51,515 nucleotides of DNA from a virus. Taxonomy: Duplodnaviria > Heunggongvirae > Uroviricota > Caudoviricetes. Below are positions 18,506 through 29,786 of this stretch, one piece after another; positions within the stretch are counted from its first letter, which is position 1; every line of letters starts with the position of its first letter. A program made the translations under genes and the position numbers. Where the stretch lies: the IMG/VR virus record IMGVR_UViG_2681813321_000027. The stretch is one strand, 5' to 3'. The notes beneath the pieces were generated by a model that did not search any database, had not been told where the DNA came from, and saw only the letters and a program-made list of their open reading frames with translations.

Positions 18506-20256
18506 CAGAACTCCATAACCGTGAAACGCTCGTTTTCTCCTTCGCCGCCAATCGGTTCGTTAATGACAGCAAGCATGGTTGCCCACGCAAGGTCGCCGTG
18601 GCTGATCCCCCTCGCGCGGTCCGTTTCGTAAGTGATAAAGCCGCCCGGTGTTTTCACCTTACGCACGGCGTTAAAGGCCGCGACCAGCTCGCGTTCGGCG
18701 CGATCGTATTCCCACCGCCCGGCACGCATTATTTGCAGCATTTTCAGTACCAGCGACCGTTTTGATGACAGCGTGAAGGTGTACGGAATAGCAGCAGGGA
18801 AAAACCGTTTCACTATCTGATAAACAGCCTCCCCGTTCCCGCCCGTCACATCAATGCCGATGTGTTCCACGTTGTAGCGATACGTGAACTCTTCAATGAC
18901 TCTGGCCTGTTCTTCAAACTCCAGCCCCTGAACGCGTCTCGTCTCCACCGTTCGAAAACGGCCACCAGGAACAGCCGGAGGAACCACCACGGACACAGCG
19001 CCGCTGTCGCCGTTGCCACTGCTGCCGTTTGCGTCATACCCAATCCATACCGGACGATTCCCCATCGGGCGGGGAGCAAAAGGTTTCCAGTCTTTCCAGT
19101 CGTCGTATCCGTCAACACCGCAGCCAATCAGGATATTCAGGTTAAATGCCGATTCCCCTTCGCGGACAAACTCACACATATAGAGATTGAGGAACTCGTC
19201 TTCGGTGTTTTCATCACGAATTTCGTCGATATCGGTGTGTTTCCAGCCGTGATTAACCACATCTTCCAGCGTGACAATTTGCCGCCACGTCCGGTCAGGG
19301 CAGATAAGCCCGTTATGCAGCGTTTTCCAGTCCACAGAAAAACGCTGGCGTTTATGCGAGGCCTTTTTCTCGTTCCAGCGGTCGCCGTTCCAGTAGGCGT
19401 ATGCCTCGTGCGTTTCGGTGGATGGCGTGGAGAAGTAGGTGCGTCGCAGCCCGCTGAGGGTTGCCATAGCGCCAGCCACCTTGCGCAGTTCAGCAAAGCG
19501 ACTGACCCAGAAAAATTCATCAAAATAAAAATTGCCCGTATAGGACTGTGCCGTCGCAGCAGAAGTACCGAGAAAATGCAGTTCTGCGCCGTTGGAGAGG
19601 ATGATTTTATCGCCCCCTTTCAGCTCCACATCAACTTCAGCCGCGGCCTTCTGAATAATGCTTTTAAACTGGAACGCCTGACGACGCGACGCAGACAAAA
19701 AAATCTGGTTACGCTGGTAAGGTTGTGCCACATCGTCACGCAGCGCCATCAGCAGTGCTTCCTGTGCAAAATACCAGGTCGCCCCAATCTGTCGGGATTT
19801 CAGGATCATCCTGTTACGTATCCCGGCTTCACTGCAAAGGGTCAGGGAGTCAAACCAGCCCCGCTGATGCCACTCCAGCCTGCTGATGATTTTTTCCCGC
19901 AGTGCGGCAATCTGTTCCGGCGTGAAATGATTTTTGAGTTTTTTCGCCCGGCCTTTCTTTCCTGCGGCCGTCACATCCGGCTGGCCATCATGCAGCTTTT
20001 TAAGCTGCCGGGTCAGCAGGTCTATTTCCTTAAAGTCACCACCTGTTTTATTCTGTTTTTCAGTAAGCTGGATGAGACGCGCATCGATGGACTGCGTGAC
20101 ACGCTGCACGGGTGGCGTTTCATCCCACTGGTCGCGTTTTTTCCACGCATAAATCGTGTTCGGGTTTATTCCCATCAGACGTGATATTTCTGCGGGCGGA
20201 TAACCCTGCCAGTAAAGTTGTCGCGCACGCTGGCGTACAAAAGCGTCCTGAATCAT
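18505..20256 (-). CDS. P: terminase ATPase subunit gpP (full length, 583 aa)
   Basis: large conserved ORF divergent from O, overlapping Q start. Confidence 0.85.
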   Translation of the reverse strand: MIQDAFVRQRARQLYWQGYPPAEISRLMGINPNTIYAWKKRDQWDETPPVQRVTQSIDARLIQLTEKQNKTGGDFKEIDLLTRQLKKLHDGQPDVTAAGKKGRAKKLKNHFTPEQIAALREKIISRLEWHQRGWFDSLTLCSEAGIRNRMILKSRQIGATWYFAQEALLMALRDDVAQPYQRNQIFLSASRRQAFQFKSIIQKAAAEVDVELKGGDKIILSNGAELHFLGTSAATAQSYTGNFYFDEFFWVSRFAELRKVAGAMATLSGLRRTYFSTPSTETHEAYAYWNGDRWNEKKASHKRQRFSVDWKTLHNGLICPDRTWRQIVTLEDVVNHGWKHTDIDEIRDENTEDEFLNLYMCEFVREGESAFNLNILIGCGVDGYDDWKDWKPFAPRPMGNRPVWIGYDANGSSGNGDSGAVSVVVPPAVPGGRFRTVETRRVQGLEFEEQARVIEEFTYRYNVEHIGIDVTGGNGEAVYQIVKRFFPAAIPYTFTLSSKRSLVLKMLQIMRAGRWEYDRAERELVAAFNAVRKVKTPGGFITYETDRARGISHGDLAWATMLAVINEPIGGEGENERFTVMEF

Positions 20257-20410
20257 TGCTCCCCCTGAGTAATTACAGGAAGATTACCCGCGCGCGAAAC
20301 CGTTCTCCTTAACCCCCTGTTCTGGCCGTTTTCTTACAACAAAAGCCCTTTGTATCAGCCTGTTACGCTTTGCCATCATGACTGAAGAACCAGTCAGAGG
20401 GGCAAAAACT
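20257..20410. promoter_or_regulatory. divergent late promoter region (P leftward, O rightward)
   Basis: 154-bp gap between divergent P and O; TGT...ACA dyad candidates; copies at 28773-28926 and 36658-36811. Confidence 0.4.
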
Positions 20411-21247
20411 ATGGCTAATGAAAAAAAGACATCCCGCAAAAAGTTTCGCGTGGCTGTCTCCGGATTAACTGTTGATGGACGTGAAATCAGCCCGGTACAT
20501 CTGCGTGAAGCCGCCGAGAACTTCAACCCGGATGTTTACGCTGCCCGCGTGAACGTTGAGCACTATCTCTCGCCATGCCCGTCAAGCGAATTTTCCGCAA
20601 TGGGCGATGTCACCGCGCTGAGTACGGAAGATATTACGGAAGGCCCGCTGGCCGGACGTACTGCGCTGTATGCAGAAATCGAACCGACCGAGCGCATGAA
20701 GCAGCTTGTCGCTGACGGCAAGAAAATCTATTCCAGTATCGAACTGCACCCGCAGTTCTCCGTTAACGGGCGCGCCTATCTGGTCGGGCTGGCGATGACC
20801 GACACCCCGGCAAGCCTGGGCACTGAGCGCCTGAAATTCACGGCACAGCAGCGTCAGGCGGTGATGACGTTCAACAGTATCCAGGGTGAAGCACCGCTTA
20901 TCTCCGAAGCCATCGAGTCTGAAATCATCGAAATGGCAGAACAACGCCAGGAAGAAGGCACCCAGTGGTTTAACCGCGTAATGGGAATTATTGGTCGTGG
21001 CCGCAAAGCGGATGACGCCAGTTTCTCCCGTATTCAGGAAGCGGTGGAAGGCGTCGCAACGTCACAGGCCGACATTATCGACCGTTTTAATGTGCTGGAA
21101 ACCCGCCATCAGCAGGACCGCCAGAAAATCACGTCACTGACCACAGAGCTGACAGCACTGAAGGAAAAACTGCGCACGCAGGACAGCGATCCGCAGAACC
21201 GCTTCACCGCAACGGGCGCAGCCTCCGACCAGCTGGCTGACTTCTGA
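20411..21247 (+). CDS. O: capsid scaffold protein (P2 gpO family)
   Basis: 278 aa from ATG 20411; YLVGLAMTDTPASLGTE matches P2 gpO as recalled. Confidence 0.85.
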   Translation: MANEKKTSRKKFRVAVSGLTVDGREISPVHLREAAENFNPDVYAARVNVEHYLSPCPSSEFSAMGDVTALSTEDITEGPLAGRTALYAEIEPTERMKQLVADGKKIYSSIELHPQFSVNGRAYLVGLAMTDTPASLGTERLKFTAQQRQAVMTFNSIQGEAPLISEAIESEIIEMAEQRQEEGTQWFNRVMGIIGRGRKADDASFSRIQEAVEGVATSQADIIDRFNVLETRHQQDRQKITSLTTELTALKEKLRTQDSDPQNRFTATGAASDQLADF

Positions 21248-21270
21248 TAAGACAAAGGAGCAAATTTTTT

Positions 21271-22323
21271 ATGAATCTGGTGATGTCAGATATTACCCGC
21301 AACAAGCTGGGTTGCTATATGGCGCAGCAGGCGTCGCTTAACAATATCCCGGTTTCCGCACTGGTATCGCGATTTACCGTGGAACCCTCGGTACAGCAGC
21401 GTTTTGAAAACGCCTCAAAGGAAAGCACCGAATTTACAAAAAGAATTAACGTGATCGGCGTGACCGACCAGAAAGGCGAAAAAATCCTCCTGGACACCAC
21501 CGGGCCAATTGCACGCACGAATACCAGTTATGACGGCACAAAACGCCGTAACCCGAATAACGTGGTTGATCTGAAAAACCGCAAATACCAGTGCGAACAG
21601 GTGAACTACGACACGTTTATTTCATATCCGCAGCTTGATGCCTGGGCGGCACATCCTGATTTTCAGTCCCGCATCAGCGCACAGATTGCCCGACAGGTGG
21701 CGCTTGACCGCATCATGATCGGTTTCAACGGCACGTCTCACGCGGATGAGTCCAACTTCAGCACCAACAAGCTGCTTCAGGACGTTAACGTGGGCTGGCT
21801 GGAGCACATCAGAACCGACGCCAGCGAGCGCGTTATGAATGACGTAACGCTGACCTCCCGCAACATGGACAACACCGTGGCGCACGCGGGTAAGTATGCG
21901 AACGCTGATGCACTGGTACAGGACGCACGCTCATCCCTGCTGGATGAATGGCACAAGGAAGCTGACGACCTCGTGGTGATTATGGGGCGCAACCTGTTTA
22001 ACTCGCTGCGTCTGCCCGTGCTGAACAGTATCAGCGGCCAGAATCCCAATGCGGAATTACTTGCCGGGCAGCTCATCCTGTCATCGCGCACCATTGGCGG
22101 GCTGGGCGTGTTCCTTGCGCCGTTCTTCCCGGATGCAACGATGCTGATCACCTCGTTCAACAACCTGTCGATTTACTGGCAGAAAGGTTCAATGCGTCGT
22201 CTGATGAAAGACGAACCGGAATACAACCGCATCGCCACCTACCAGTCCATCAATGACGCTTATGTCGTTGAAGACTATGGCAAGTGCGCGATGGTCACTG
22301 GCCTGAAGTTCGCCGACAGCTAA
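21271..22323 (+). CDS. N: major capsid protein (P2 gpN family)
   Basis: 350 aa; aaggag RBS; FTVEPSV, IMIGFNG, NLSIYW and YVVEDY motifs match P2 gpN. Confidence 0.9.
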   Translation: MNLVMSDITRNKLGCYMAQQASLNNIPVSALVSRFTVEPSVQQRFENASKESTEFTKRINVIGVTDQKGEKILLDTTGPIARTNTSYDGTKRRNPNNVVDLKNRKYQCEQVNYDTFISYPQLDAWAAHPDFQSRISAQIARQVALDRIMIGFNGTSHADESNFSTNKLLQDVNVGWLEHIRTDASERVMNDVTLTSRNMDNTVAHAGKYANADALVQDARSSLLDEWHKEADDLVVIMGRNLFNSLRLPVLNSISGQNPNAELLAGQLILSSRTIGGLGVFLAPFFPDATMLITSFNNLSIYWQKGSMRRLMKDEPEYNRIATYQSINDAYVVEDYGKCAMVTGLKFADS

Positions 22324-22368
22324 TCAACTCACGGCGGGCATCATGCCCGCCTGTAACGGAGAGAAAAA

Positions 22369-22559
22369 ATGATTACTCCTGCACAGCAACACTGGCAGAA
22401 CGTGATGGCACAGCGCGCAGGCCGGGCGAATGAAGGCGTGGACCACGCCGCGCGTACCGCGCATGAAGAGGTGCTGTATCGTCTGCGTCTGGCACAGGCC
22501 CGGCTTAAGGGCGTACAGGCCAGAAGCGCGAAAGCCGCCATCAAAAAAGAGTTATTGCC
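22369..22559 (+). pseudogene. M: terminase small subunit gpM, first 63 codons only (fused to A at J2)
   Basis: identical to start of full M at 38770; track ORF 22369-23337 is an M::A chimera. Confidence 0.8.
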
Positions 22560-22561
22560 AG
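22559..22561. other. junction J2: M / orphan A / internal A (= 7054)
   Basis: ...gagttattgcc + a + ggcaataactgtcccc... Confidence 0.85.
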
Positions 22562-23337
22562 GCAATAACTGTCCCCGTGTACAGGAAACGGACGACAACG
22601 GGACAGAACAGCCGGAAGAACGGCCAGCACCGTGGCCGCAGCTCCCTGACGGCGTTGAAGTGAACGAATGGATGCGCTCACTGAAACGGCACGAACGCCG
22701 GGCGCTGATGCGTTCGCTTCGTGACAAACAGGCAAAAAACAGCAGTGATGAAATGCAGAGCTGGACACAGAGCCGCAAACAGCAGCGGCCTTTGCCTGAT
22801 AACCACGAATTACTCGCTAAAGAATGGCGGGAGTCTGCTGAATCTCTCGGCCTGCATATCGGTGAACAGCAGATGCAGCACCTGTTACGGGGCGGCAGCC
22901 TGTACGTTGACGGCAGCATCATTGCACCGCAGGGATTTGAAATTGTACGCAAACCGGATACCCGACCGGACAGCCGGATCACGCAGCTCTGGCAGCGCCT
23001 GAGCCGTAACCACGGCGTAAGCAGTACGGAGATCCGCCATAACCCGGTCGCCAGCTATCTGGAACAGCTGGGGGCATCAGACCCCGAAGCCGCCGCACGC
23101 CTGGCATCCACACTTCAGCAGGACCAGAACACCATGAAAACACCCGTTACCGTGCTTTCTGACATGCTGCGCGCCATCCGCGACGCAGAGCACGCACAGA
23201 GAATCAGTGAAACCACTGAACGCGCCCGCCGCAAAGCAGACCTGCTGCGGGGTAGCCTGACCAGTGGAAACAAAAAACAGACAGAAAAGGGATTCACAAA
23301 TCCCGTAAATGAGCAAAAAACGCGCCGCGATATATGA
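22561..23337 (+). pseudogene. A: 3' fragment of A (last about 258 codons)
   Basis: identical to 7054-7830. Confidence 0.8.
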
Positions 23338-23413
23338 AGCGCGCATAAAACAGGCAAAAACGGGATTTCAGAATCCCGTAAACGATTAATTAATCAACAT
23401 AAGGAAAAGCGAC

Positions 23414-24373
23414 ATGAAAATTTGTATCGATGACGGCTCCACCAACATCAAGCTGGCATGGACTGAGAAGGGCGAACGCCGCAACGCCATCAGCCCAAAC
23501 AGCTTCAAGTCGGAATGGTCTGCGCCGTTCGGTGGCACGCAGCCCGCGAACTACATGCTTGATGGCGTGCGCTATGGTTTTGATCCGGTCAGCGATCGCT
23601 TTGTCCAGACGACCGACACGCAATACCAGTACAGCGATGTGAATGTCATTGCCATTCATCACGCGCTGGTCAAATCAGGCATCACACCACAGGAAGTGGA
23701 TGTGGTTGTCACCCTGCCACTGAGCGAATATTTCGACACAAACGCACAGCCGGACATGGCCAACATCAATCGCAAAAAAGCAAACGTCATGCGCCCGGTG
23801 GCGTACCAGAACGGAAAAGCATTCACTATCCGTAACGTACGGGTTATGCCTGAATCCATTCCGGCTGGTTTTAAAGCACTGGCTGACATGAGTCCGTTTG
23901 AATCCCTGCTGATTGTGGATTTAGGCGGAACCACGCTGGATGTGGCAAAGGTTCAGGGACAACTGGCAGGTATCAGCCAGGTGTTTTGCGATCCACACGT
24001 AGGCGTTTCCCTGATGGCCGATGCCGTACTGTCGGTGATGGCCACTAACGGTATGCGTACCAGTCACCACATCGCCAATACCATTATCGAACATCGCCAT
24101 GATGAAGCCTGGCTGCGCCAGCACATCCACAATGACGCGCATTACGCCAGCCTGATGGCGGTTATTCGTGAAAAGGAAGAAACACTGAAACAACGCGTGT
24201 TCCGCGCGCTGGCGGGTTTTTCGGGTTACGGGCGGGTGATGGTTGTCGGTGGCGGGGCGGAGATTGTGGCACCCGCTATCCGCGAAGCCTGCGGAGTTAA
24301 TGCGACTTTCATCGCGGACGGGGTGCCACAGTTTGCTCTGGTTAATGGGCTGTACGCAATGGACAAGGAGTAA
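23414..24373 (+). CDS. parM: ParM-like ATPase, copy 3
   Basis: offset +15507. Confidence 0.8.
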   Translation: MKICIDDGSTNIKLAWTEKGERRNAISPNSFKSEWSAPFGGTQPANYMLDGVRYGFDPVSDRFVQTTDTQYQYSDVNVIAIHHALVKSGITPQEVDVVVTLPLSEYFDTNAQPDMANINRKKANVMRPVAYQNGKAFTIRNVRVMPESIPAGFKALADMSPFESLLIVDLGGTTLDVAKVQGQLAGISQVFCDPHVGVSLMADAVLSVMATNGMRTSHHIANTIIEHRHDEAWLRQHIHNDAHYASLMAVIREKEETLKQRVFRALAGFSGYGRVMVVGGGAEIVAPAIREACGVNATFIADGVPQFALVNGLYAMDKE

Positions 24374-24377
24374 ACCA

Positions 24378-24689
24378 ATGACGACACCAACCAGACGGAT
24401 AAGTTTCTATCTGAAGCCCGCCGCCGTCAAGAACGAAGGCGAAGCATGCGCCTGGCTGGACAGCCTTACACCAGAAGCCCGCAAAAGTGGTCAACGCGTG
24501 GCTTTTCTGGCCGGGCTGGCACTACTGAAAATGAATCCGGCAGAGGCTTACCGACTGGCTGCATGGGCTGATGATGAGGCGTTATCAGTGACACAAACCA
24601 GGACAGAACGCCCCGCGTCACAGCCAGTACCAACCGCACAGATAACCAGTCAGATGGCCGGAAATATCCGGGCGTTATTTCCCGAATAA
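24378..24689 (+). CDS. parR: ParR-like, copy 3
   Basis: offset +15507. Confidence 0.5.
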   Translation: MTTPTRRISFYLKPAAVKNEGEACAWLDSLTPEARKSGQRVAFLAGLALLKMNPAEAYRLAAWADDEALSVTQTRTERPASQPVPTAQITSQMAGNIRALFPE

Positions 24690-24752
24690 CACAACATCAG
24701 GGCGCATCCGCCCTGATGACTTTAACCCGGGAGCATAAACAAGGGGGACACA

Positions 24753-25085
24753 ATGCAATACATTGACAGAGAAAAAGCGCAGCGACTGATTGAGCGGATG
24801 GAAGCGCTGGCGAAAGAAGAAAATGTCAACATCCAAAAAATAGCTGAATGTGGCCAGATAGTTCTTCGTCGTGAAAAAGACCTCAAACAACTGATGTCTG
24901 GCGAAACCAGCAAAACATGGACTTCAGGCGAGAAGACGGTTTATTGCAGTTTCTGCAATAAATCCCAGTACGAAGTCACAAAGGTGATTGCCGGACCGTC
25001 TGTTTACATCTGCAATGAGTGTGTGGATTTGTGCAATGAAATTATCAGGAAAGAAGTGACAGACAAAAAGGAAAAAAACGCATGA
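24753..25085 (+). CDS. ClpX ZBD homolog, copy 3
   Basis: offset +15507. Confidence 0.7.
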   Translation: MQYIDREKAQRLIERMEALAKEENVNIQKIAECGQIVLRREKDLKQLMSGETSKTWTSGEKTVYCSFCNKSQYEVTKVIAGPSVYICNECVDLCNEIIRKEVTDKKEKNA

Positions 25086-25489
25086 ACAGAAAACAGAAAC
25101 AAGAGTTGAAATACTTCTTACGTAAAGAAATTGCCAGGCTTGAAGATGCAGAGTCACAATCATCAGAAATTCCGTTCGGAATGGATATCAACGACGCCCG
25201 TATGCTTCAGGCATACCGTATAGCTCAGGCTGCACTACAGACAAAACCGTTAAATAACATACATGAAAAGTATGATTATTTTACGGATACCGCTTGCTTG
25301 CTGACATCTGAAGAACAAAAGATAGCCCAACTTTTAGGCGACGCATGGAACCTGTATTTAACATTGCCAGTTGAGCATCCAATGGGTAGAGATGAATTTT
25401 GCCGGGCAATTCATCATTGCCAAAATATGGTGTTGGCACGCCCGGCCATCAGGGCGCTGGCCAGGAAGGGGCAAGGCTATAAAAGATAA
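25082..25489 (+). CDS. hypothetical 135-aa protein, copy 3
   Basis: offset +15507. Confidence 0.5.
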   Translation: MNRKQKQELKYFLRKEIARLEDAESQSSEIPFGMDINDARMLQAYRIAQAALQTKPLNNIHEKYDYFTDTACLLTSEEQKIAQLLGDAWNLYLTLPVEHPMGRDEFCRAIHHCQNMVLARPAIRALARKGQGYKR

Positions 25490-25974
25490 GTAAAACGCCC
25501 TCCTCCAGGGCGTTTATTTCAATGCACAATAGTGCACAAATTTGCACAATTTTTTTGAACGACTGTTTACCCTTCCAGCCCGTATAGCGGCTGGATCCGT
25601 CAAGGATCCGTGCGTGCACAAAAAAACGCGCTTTTTCTGCGCGCAGGTGACGGGGGAACAGCCCGCGTTTCAGGGGGTAAATAGCATTCCCTGAACGATG
25701 TCGCAGAGACACAACAGAATGGCTGTATTTCTCACTCTGAGCGTGAAAAATACGTGAGGGATTCTGATTTGATGGGGTGAAAGGTAAGGCCGTCAAAATC
25801 GCACTGAGGCGGCGAAGAACATGCAGTCAACGCGGTGGGATTGCGTAAGAGTCTGACCGCCGATGATGGCAATAAGCAGAAAAGCGTCGTGAAATTATCT
25901 GATTGATACAGGAGCTGGAGAGCCGGGGCATAAATTTTTTATGCCCCGGCGAAGCAGCAGACAAGCGAAGCGCG

Positions 25975-27021
25975 TCAGGATGTGGGCTGGGTATCTAACA
26001 GTGCGTAAGGGTTAAAGCGGATCACCTCTTCGCCAAGCCAGTCATTGATGTGCTTCATGGCCTCCATGACGGGCATCAGCTCGTTAATTGCGTAAACCCG
26101 CGCGGCCTTCTCCACATCACCAAACGCACTTTTTTCACCCGGCATCGCCCCCATAAGTTGCGGCGGAACGCGGTGCGCAGCCAGCACATCATCACGGGAT
26201 GCCGCCTTAACATTCATGAACTCATCCTTTGCGGTGATCTGCTGGAACGGCAAAATTTGCACCCCCTCTTTGCCCCCGTTGGGCGCATGAATGAGCACGT
26301 TTTTAAATGCACCACCACCACGCGCACCCTGTAACGTTTCTTTCAGGGAGTCCATGCTTTCGCGGTTTACCTGCGCTGCACCGATGTAGATGATGCACCC
26401 GGCGTGGGATCCGTTGTCGTAGTACAGTTTTCTGAACATGTCCGCCGAATGAGAAAGGCTGGCCGAGAGTAATGCGCCAAGATATTCCGGCATGCCGTAG
26501 ATTTCCTGGTTAATATCCGGATTCATCAGGTGGCACACTTTGCCAGGGCGAAACTGGAACGCGTCCTTGCCATCCTGCACATACCACCATGATTCAAGAT
26601 CGCTTCCGCGTCGCATGTATTTCGCCAGGGCGTGCCGTAATTTAAGCGGTTCGCCGAGCATATTGCTTCGAAGCTCAAGGAATGCGTTACCGAACACAAA
26701 CCAGTCCAGCGCCAGCGCCGAGAAATCCTGCCGGGAAAGCAGCGGGTGCGGGATGTAGCAACCGAGTAATACATTGCGCTTAAAGTAAAGCGCAGACTGA
26801 TGCCAGGACGTTTGCCGGGCAGCTCTTGCCAGACCGTACCAGTCCACCGGGGTTTCATACCACCGCCCGTTATCAGCACAGTACATATTGTCCAGCAGGT
26901 CATGCCCGGTCAGGCGATAAGGACCATCAAATGTGAATGCACTGAGCGACGATTCTTTCCTGAGCGCATCAGCGAGATCAATGCGTGAACTCATGCGCAC
27001 TTTTTTATTTTTTCTGCTCAT
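25975..27021 (-). CDS. Q: portal gpQ, copy 3 (synonymous variant allele)
   Basis: protein identical to other copies but at least 4 silent differences at 26290-26330. Confidence 0.85.
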   Translation of the reverse strand: MSRKNKKVRMSSRIDLADALRKESSLSAFTFDGPYRLTGHDLLDNMYCADNGRWYETPVDWYGLARAARQTSWHQSALYFKRNVLLGCYIPHPLLSRQDFSALALDWFVFGNAFLELRSNMLGEPLKLRHALAKYMRRGSDLESWWYVQDGKDAFQFRPGKVCHLMNPDINQEIYGMPEYLGALLSASLSHSADMFRKLYYDNGSHAGCIIYIGAAQVNRESMDSLKETLQGARGGGAFKNVLIHAPNGGKEGVQILPFQQITAKDEFMNVKAASRDDVLAAHRVPPQLMGAMPGEKSAFGDVEKAARVYAINELMPVMEAMKHINDWLGEEVIRFNPYALLDTQPTS

Positions 27022-28772
27022 CAGAACTCCATAACCGTGAAACGCTCGTTTTCTCCTTCGCCGCCAATCGGTTCGTTAATGACAGCAAGCATGGTTGCCC
27101 ACGCAAGGTCGCCGTGGCTGATCCCCCTCGCGCGGTCCGTTTCGTAAGTGATAAAGCCGCCCGGTGTTTTCACCTTACGCACGGCGTTAAAGGCCGCGAC
27201 CAGCTCGCGTTCGGCGCGATCGTATTCCCACCGCCCGGCACGCATTATTTGCAGCATTTTCAGTACCAGCGACCGTTTTGATGACAGCGTGAAGGTGTAC
27301 GGAATAGCAGCAGGGAAAAACCGTTTCACTATCTGATAAACAGCCTCCCCGTTCCCGCCCGTCACATCAATGCCGATGTGTTCCACGTTGTAGCGATACG
27401 TGAACTCTTCAATGACTCTGGCCTGTTCTTCAAACTCCAGCCCCTGAACGCGTCTCGTCTCCACCGTTCGAAAACGGCCACCAGGAACAGCCGGAGGAAC
27501 CACCACGGACACAGCGCCGCTGTCGCCGTTGCCACTGCTGCCGTTTGCGTCATACCCAATCCATACCGGACGATTCCCCATCGGGCGGGGAGCAAAAGGT
27601 TTCCAGTCTTTCCAGTCGTCGTATCCGTCAACACCGCAGCCAATCAGGATATTCAGGTTAAATGCCGATTCCCCTTCGCGGACAAACTCACACATATAGA
27701 GATTGAGGAACTCGTCTTCGGTGTTTTCATCACGAATTTCGTCGATATCGGTGTGTTTCCAGCCGTGATTAACCACATCTTCCAGCGTGACAATTTGCCG
27801 CCACGTCCGGTCAGGGCAGATAAGCCCGTTATGCAGCGTTTTCCAGTCCACAGAAAAACGCTGGCGTTTATGCGAGGCCTTTTTCTCGTTCCAGCGGTCG
27901 CCGTTCCAGTAGGCGTATGCCTCGTGCGTTTCGGTGGATGGCGTGGAGAAGTAGGTGCGTCGCAGCCCGCTGAGGGTTGCCATAGCGCCAGCCACCTTGC
28001 GCAGTTCAGCAAAGCGACTGACCCAGAAAAATTCATCAAAATAAAAATTGCCCGTATAGGACTGTGCCGTCGCAGCAGAAGTACCGAGAAAATGCAGTTC
28101 TGCGCCGTTGGAGAGGATGATTTTATCGCCCCCTTTCAGCTCCACATCAACTTCAGCCGCGGCCTTCTGAATAATGCTTTTAAACTGGAACGCCTGACGA
28201 CGCGACGCAGACAAAAAAATCTGGTTACGCTGGTAAGGTTGTGCCACATCGTCACGCAGCGCCATCAGCAGTGCTTCCTGTGCAAAATACCAGGTCGCCC
28301 CAATCTGTCGGGATTTCAGGATCATCCTGTTACGTATCCCGGCTTCACTGCAAAGGGTCAGGGAGTCAAACCAGCCCCGCTGATGCCACTCCAGCCTGCT
28401 GATGATTTTTTCCCGCAGTGCGGCAATCTGTTCCGGCGTGAAATGATTTTTGAGTTTTTTCGCCCGGCCTTTCTTTCCTGCGGCCGTCACATCCGGCTGG
28501 CCATCATGCAGCTTTTTAAGCTGCCGGGTCAGCAGGTCTATTTCCTTAAAGTCACCACCTGTTTTATTCTGTTTTTCAGTAAGCTGGATGAGACGCGCAT
28601 CGATGGACTGCGTGACACGCTGCACGGGTGGCGTTTCATCCCACTGGTCGCGTTTTTTCCACGCATAAATCGTGTTCGGGTTTATTCCCATCAGACGTGA
28701 TATTTCTGCGGGCGGATAACCCTGCCAGTAAAGTTGTCGCGCACGCTGGCGTACAAAAGCGTCCTGAATCAT
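27021..28772 (-). CDS. P: terminase ATPase gpP, copy 3
   Basis: identical 583-aa protein. Confidence 0.85.
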   Translation of the reverse strand: MIQDAFVRQRARQLYWQGYPPAEISRLMGINPNTIYAWKKRDQWDETPPVQRVTQSIDARLIQLTEKQNKTGGDFKEIDLLTRQLKKLHDGQPDVTAAGKKGRAKKLKNHFTPEQIAALREKIISRLEWHQRGWFDSLTLCSEAGIRNRMILKSRQIGATWYFAQEALLMALRDDVAQPYQRNQIFLSASRRQAFQFKSIIQKAAAEVDVELKGGDKIILSNGAELHFLGTSAATAQSYTGNFYFDEFFWVSRFAELRKVAGAMATLSGLRRTYFSTPSTETHEAYAYWNGDRWNEKKASHKRQRFSVDWKTLHNGLICPDRTWRQIVTLEDVVNHGWKHTDIDEIRDENTEDEFLNLYMCEFVREGESAFNLNILIGCGVDGYDDWKDWKPFAPRPMGNRPVWIGYDANGSSGNGDSGAVSVVVPPAVPGGRFRTVETRRVQGLEFEEQARVIEEFTYRYNVEHIGIDVTGGNGEAVYQIVKRFFPAAIPYTFTLSSKRSLVLKMLQIMRAGRWEYDRAERELVAAFNAVRKVKTPGGFITYETDRARGISHGDLAWATMLAVINEPIGGEGENERFTVMEF

Positions 28773-28926
28773 TGCTCCCCCTGAGTAATTACAGGAAGAT
28801 TACCCGCGCGCGAAACCGTTCTCCTTAACCCCCTGTTCTGGCCGTTTTCTTACAACAAAAGCCCTTTGTATCAGCCTGTTACGCTTTGCCATCATGACTG
28901 AAGAACCAGTCAGAGGGGCAAAAACT

Positions 28927-29763
28927 ATGGCTAATGAAAAAAAGACATCCCGCAAAAAGTTTCGCGTGGCTGTCTCCGGATTAACTGTTGATGGACGTGA
29001 AATCAGCCCGGTACATCTGCGTGAAGCCGCCGAGAACTTCAACCCGGATGTTTACGCTGCCCGCGTGAACGTTGAGCACTATCTCTCGCCATGCCCGTCA
29101 AGCGAATTTTCCGCAATGGGCGATGTCACCGCGCTGAGTACGGAAGATATTACGGAAGGCCCGCTGGCCGGACGTACTGCGCTGTATGCAGAAATCGAAC
29201 CGACCGAGCGCATGAAGCAGCTTGTCGCTGACGGCAAGAAAATCTATTCCAGTATCGAACTGCACCCGCAGTTCTCCGTTAACGGGCGCGCCTATCTGGT
29301 CGGGCTGGCGATGACCGACACCCCGGCAAGCCTGGGCACTGAGCGCCTGAAATTCACGGCACAGCAGCGTCAGGCGGTGATGACGTTCAACAGTATCCAG
29401 GGTGAAGCACCGCTTATCTCCGAAGCCATCGAGTCTGAAATCATCGAAATGGCAGAACAACGCCAGGAAGAAGGCACCCAGTGGTTTAACCGCGTAATGG
29501 GAATTATTGGTCGTGGCCGCAAAGCGGATGACGCCAGTTTCTCCCGTATTCAGGAAGCGGTGGAAGGCGTCGCAACGTCACAGGCCGACATTATCGACCG
29601 TTTTAATGTGCTGGAAACCCGCCATCAGCAGGACCGCCAGAAAATCACGTCACTGACCACAGAGCTGACAGCACTGAAGGAAAAACTGCGCACGCAGGAC
29701 AGCGATCCGCAGAACCGCTTCACCGCAACGGGCGCAGCCTCCGACCAGCTGGCTGACTTCTGA
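28927..29763 (+). CDS. O: scaffold gpO, copy 2
   Basis: identical. Confidence 0.85.
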   Translation: MANEKKTSRKKFRVAVSGLTVDGREISPVHLREAAENFNPDVYAARVNVEHYLSPCPSSEFSAMGDVTALSTEDITEGPLAGRTALYAEIEPTERMKQLVADGKKIYSSIELHPQFSVNGRAYLVGLAMTDTPASLGTERLKFTAQQRQAVMTFNSIQGEAPLISEAIESEIIEMAEQRQEEGTQWFNRVMGIIGRGRKADDASFSRIQEAVEGVATSQADIIDRFNVLETRHQQDRQKITSLTTELTALKEKLRTQDSDPQNRFTATGAASDQLADF

Positions 29764-29786
29764 TAAGACAAAGGAGCAAATTTTTT

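Larger units (their letters stand above)
6240..20220. repeat. tandem direct repeat, 6991-bp unit (6240-13229 = 13231-20220)
   Basis: ORF track shows identical proteins at +6991 offset; base substitutions in the cos region copy around 17330-17470. Confidence 0.9.
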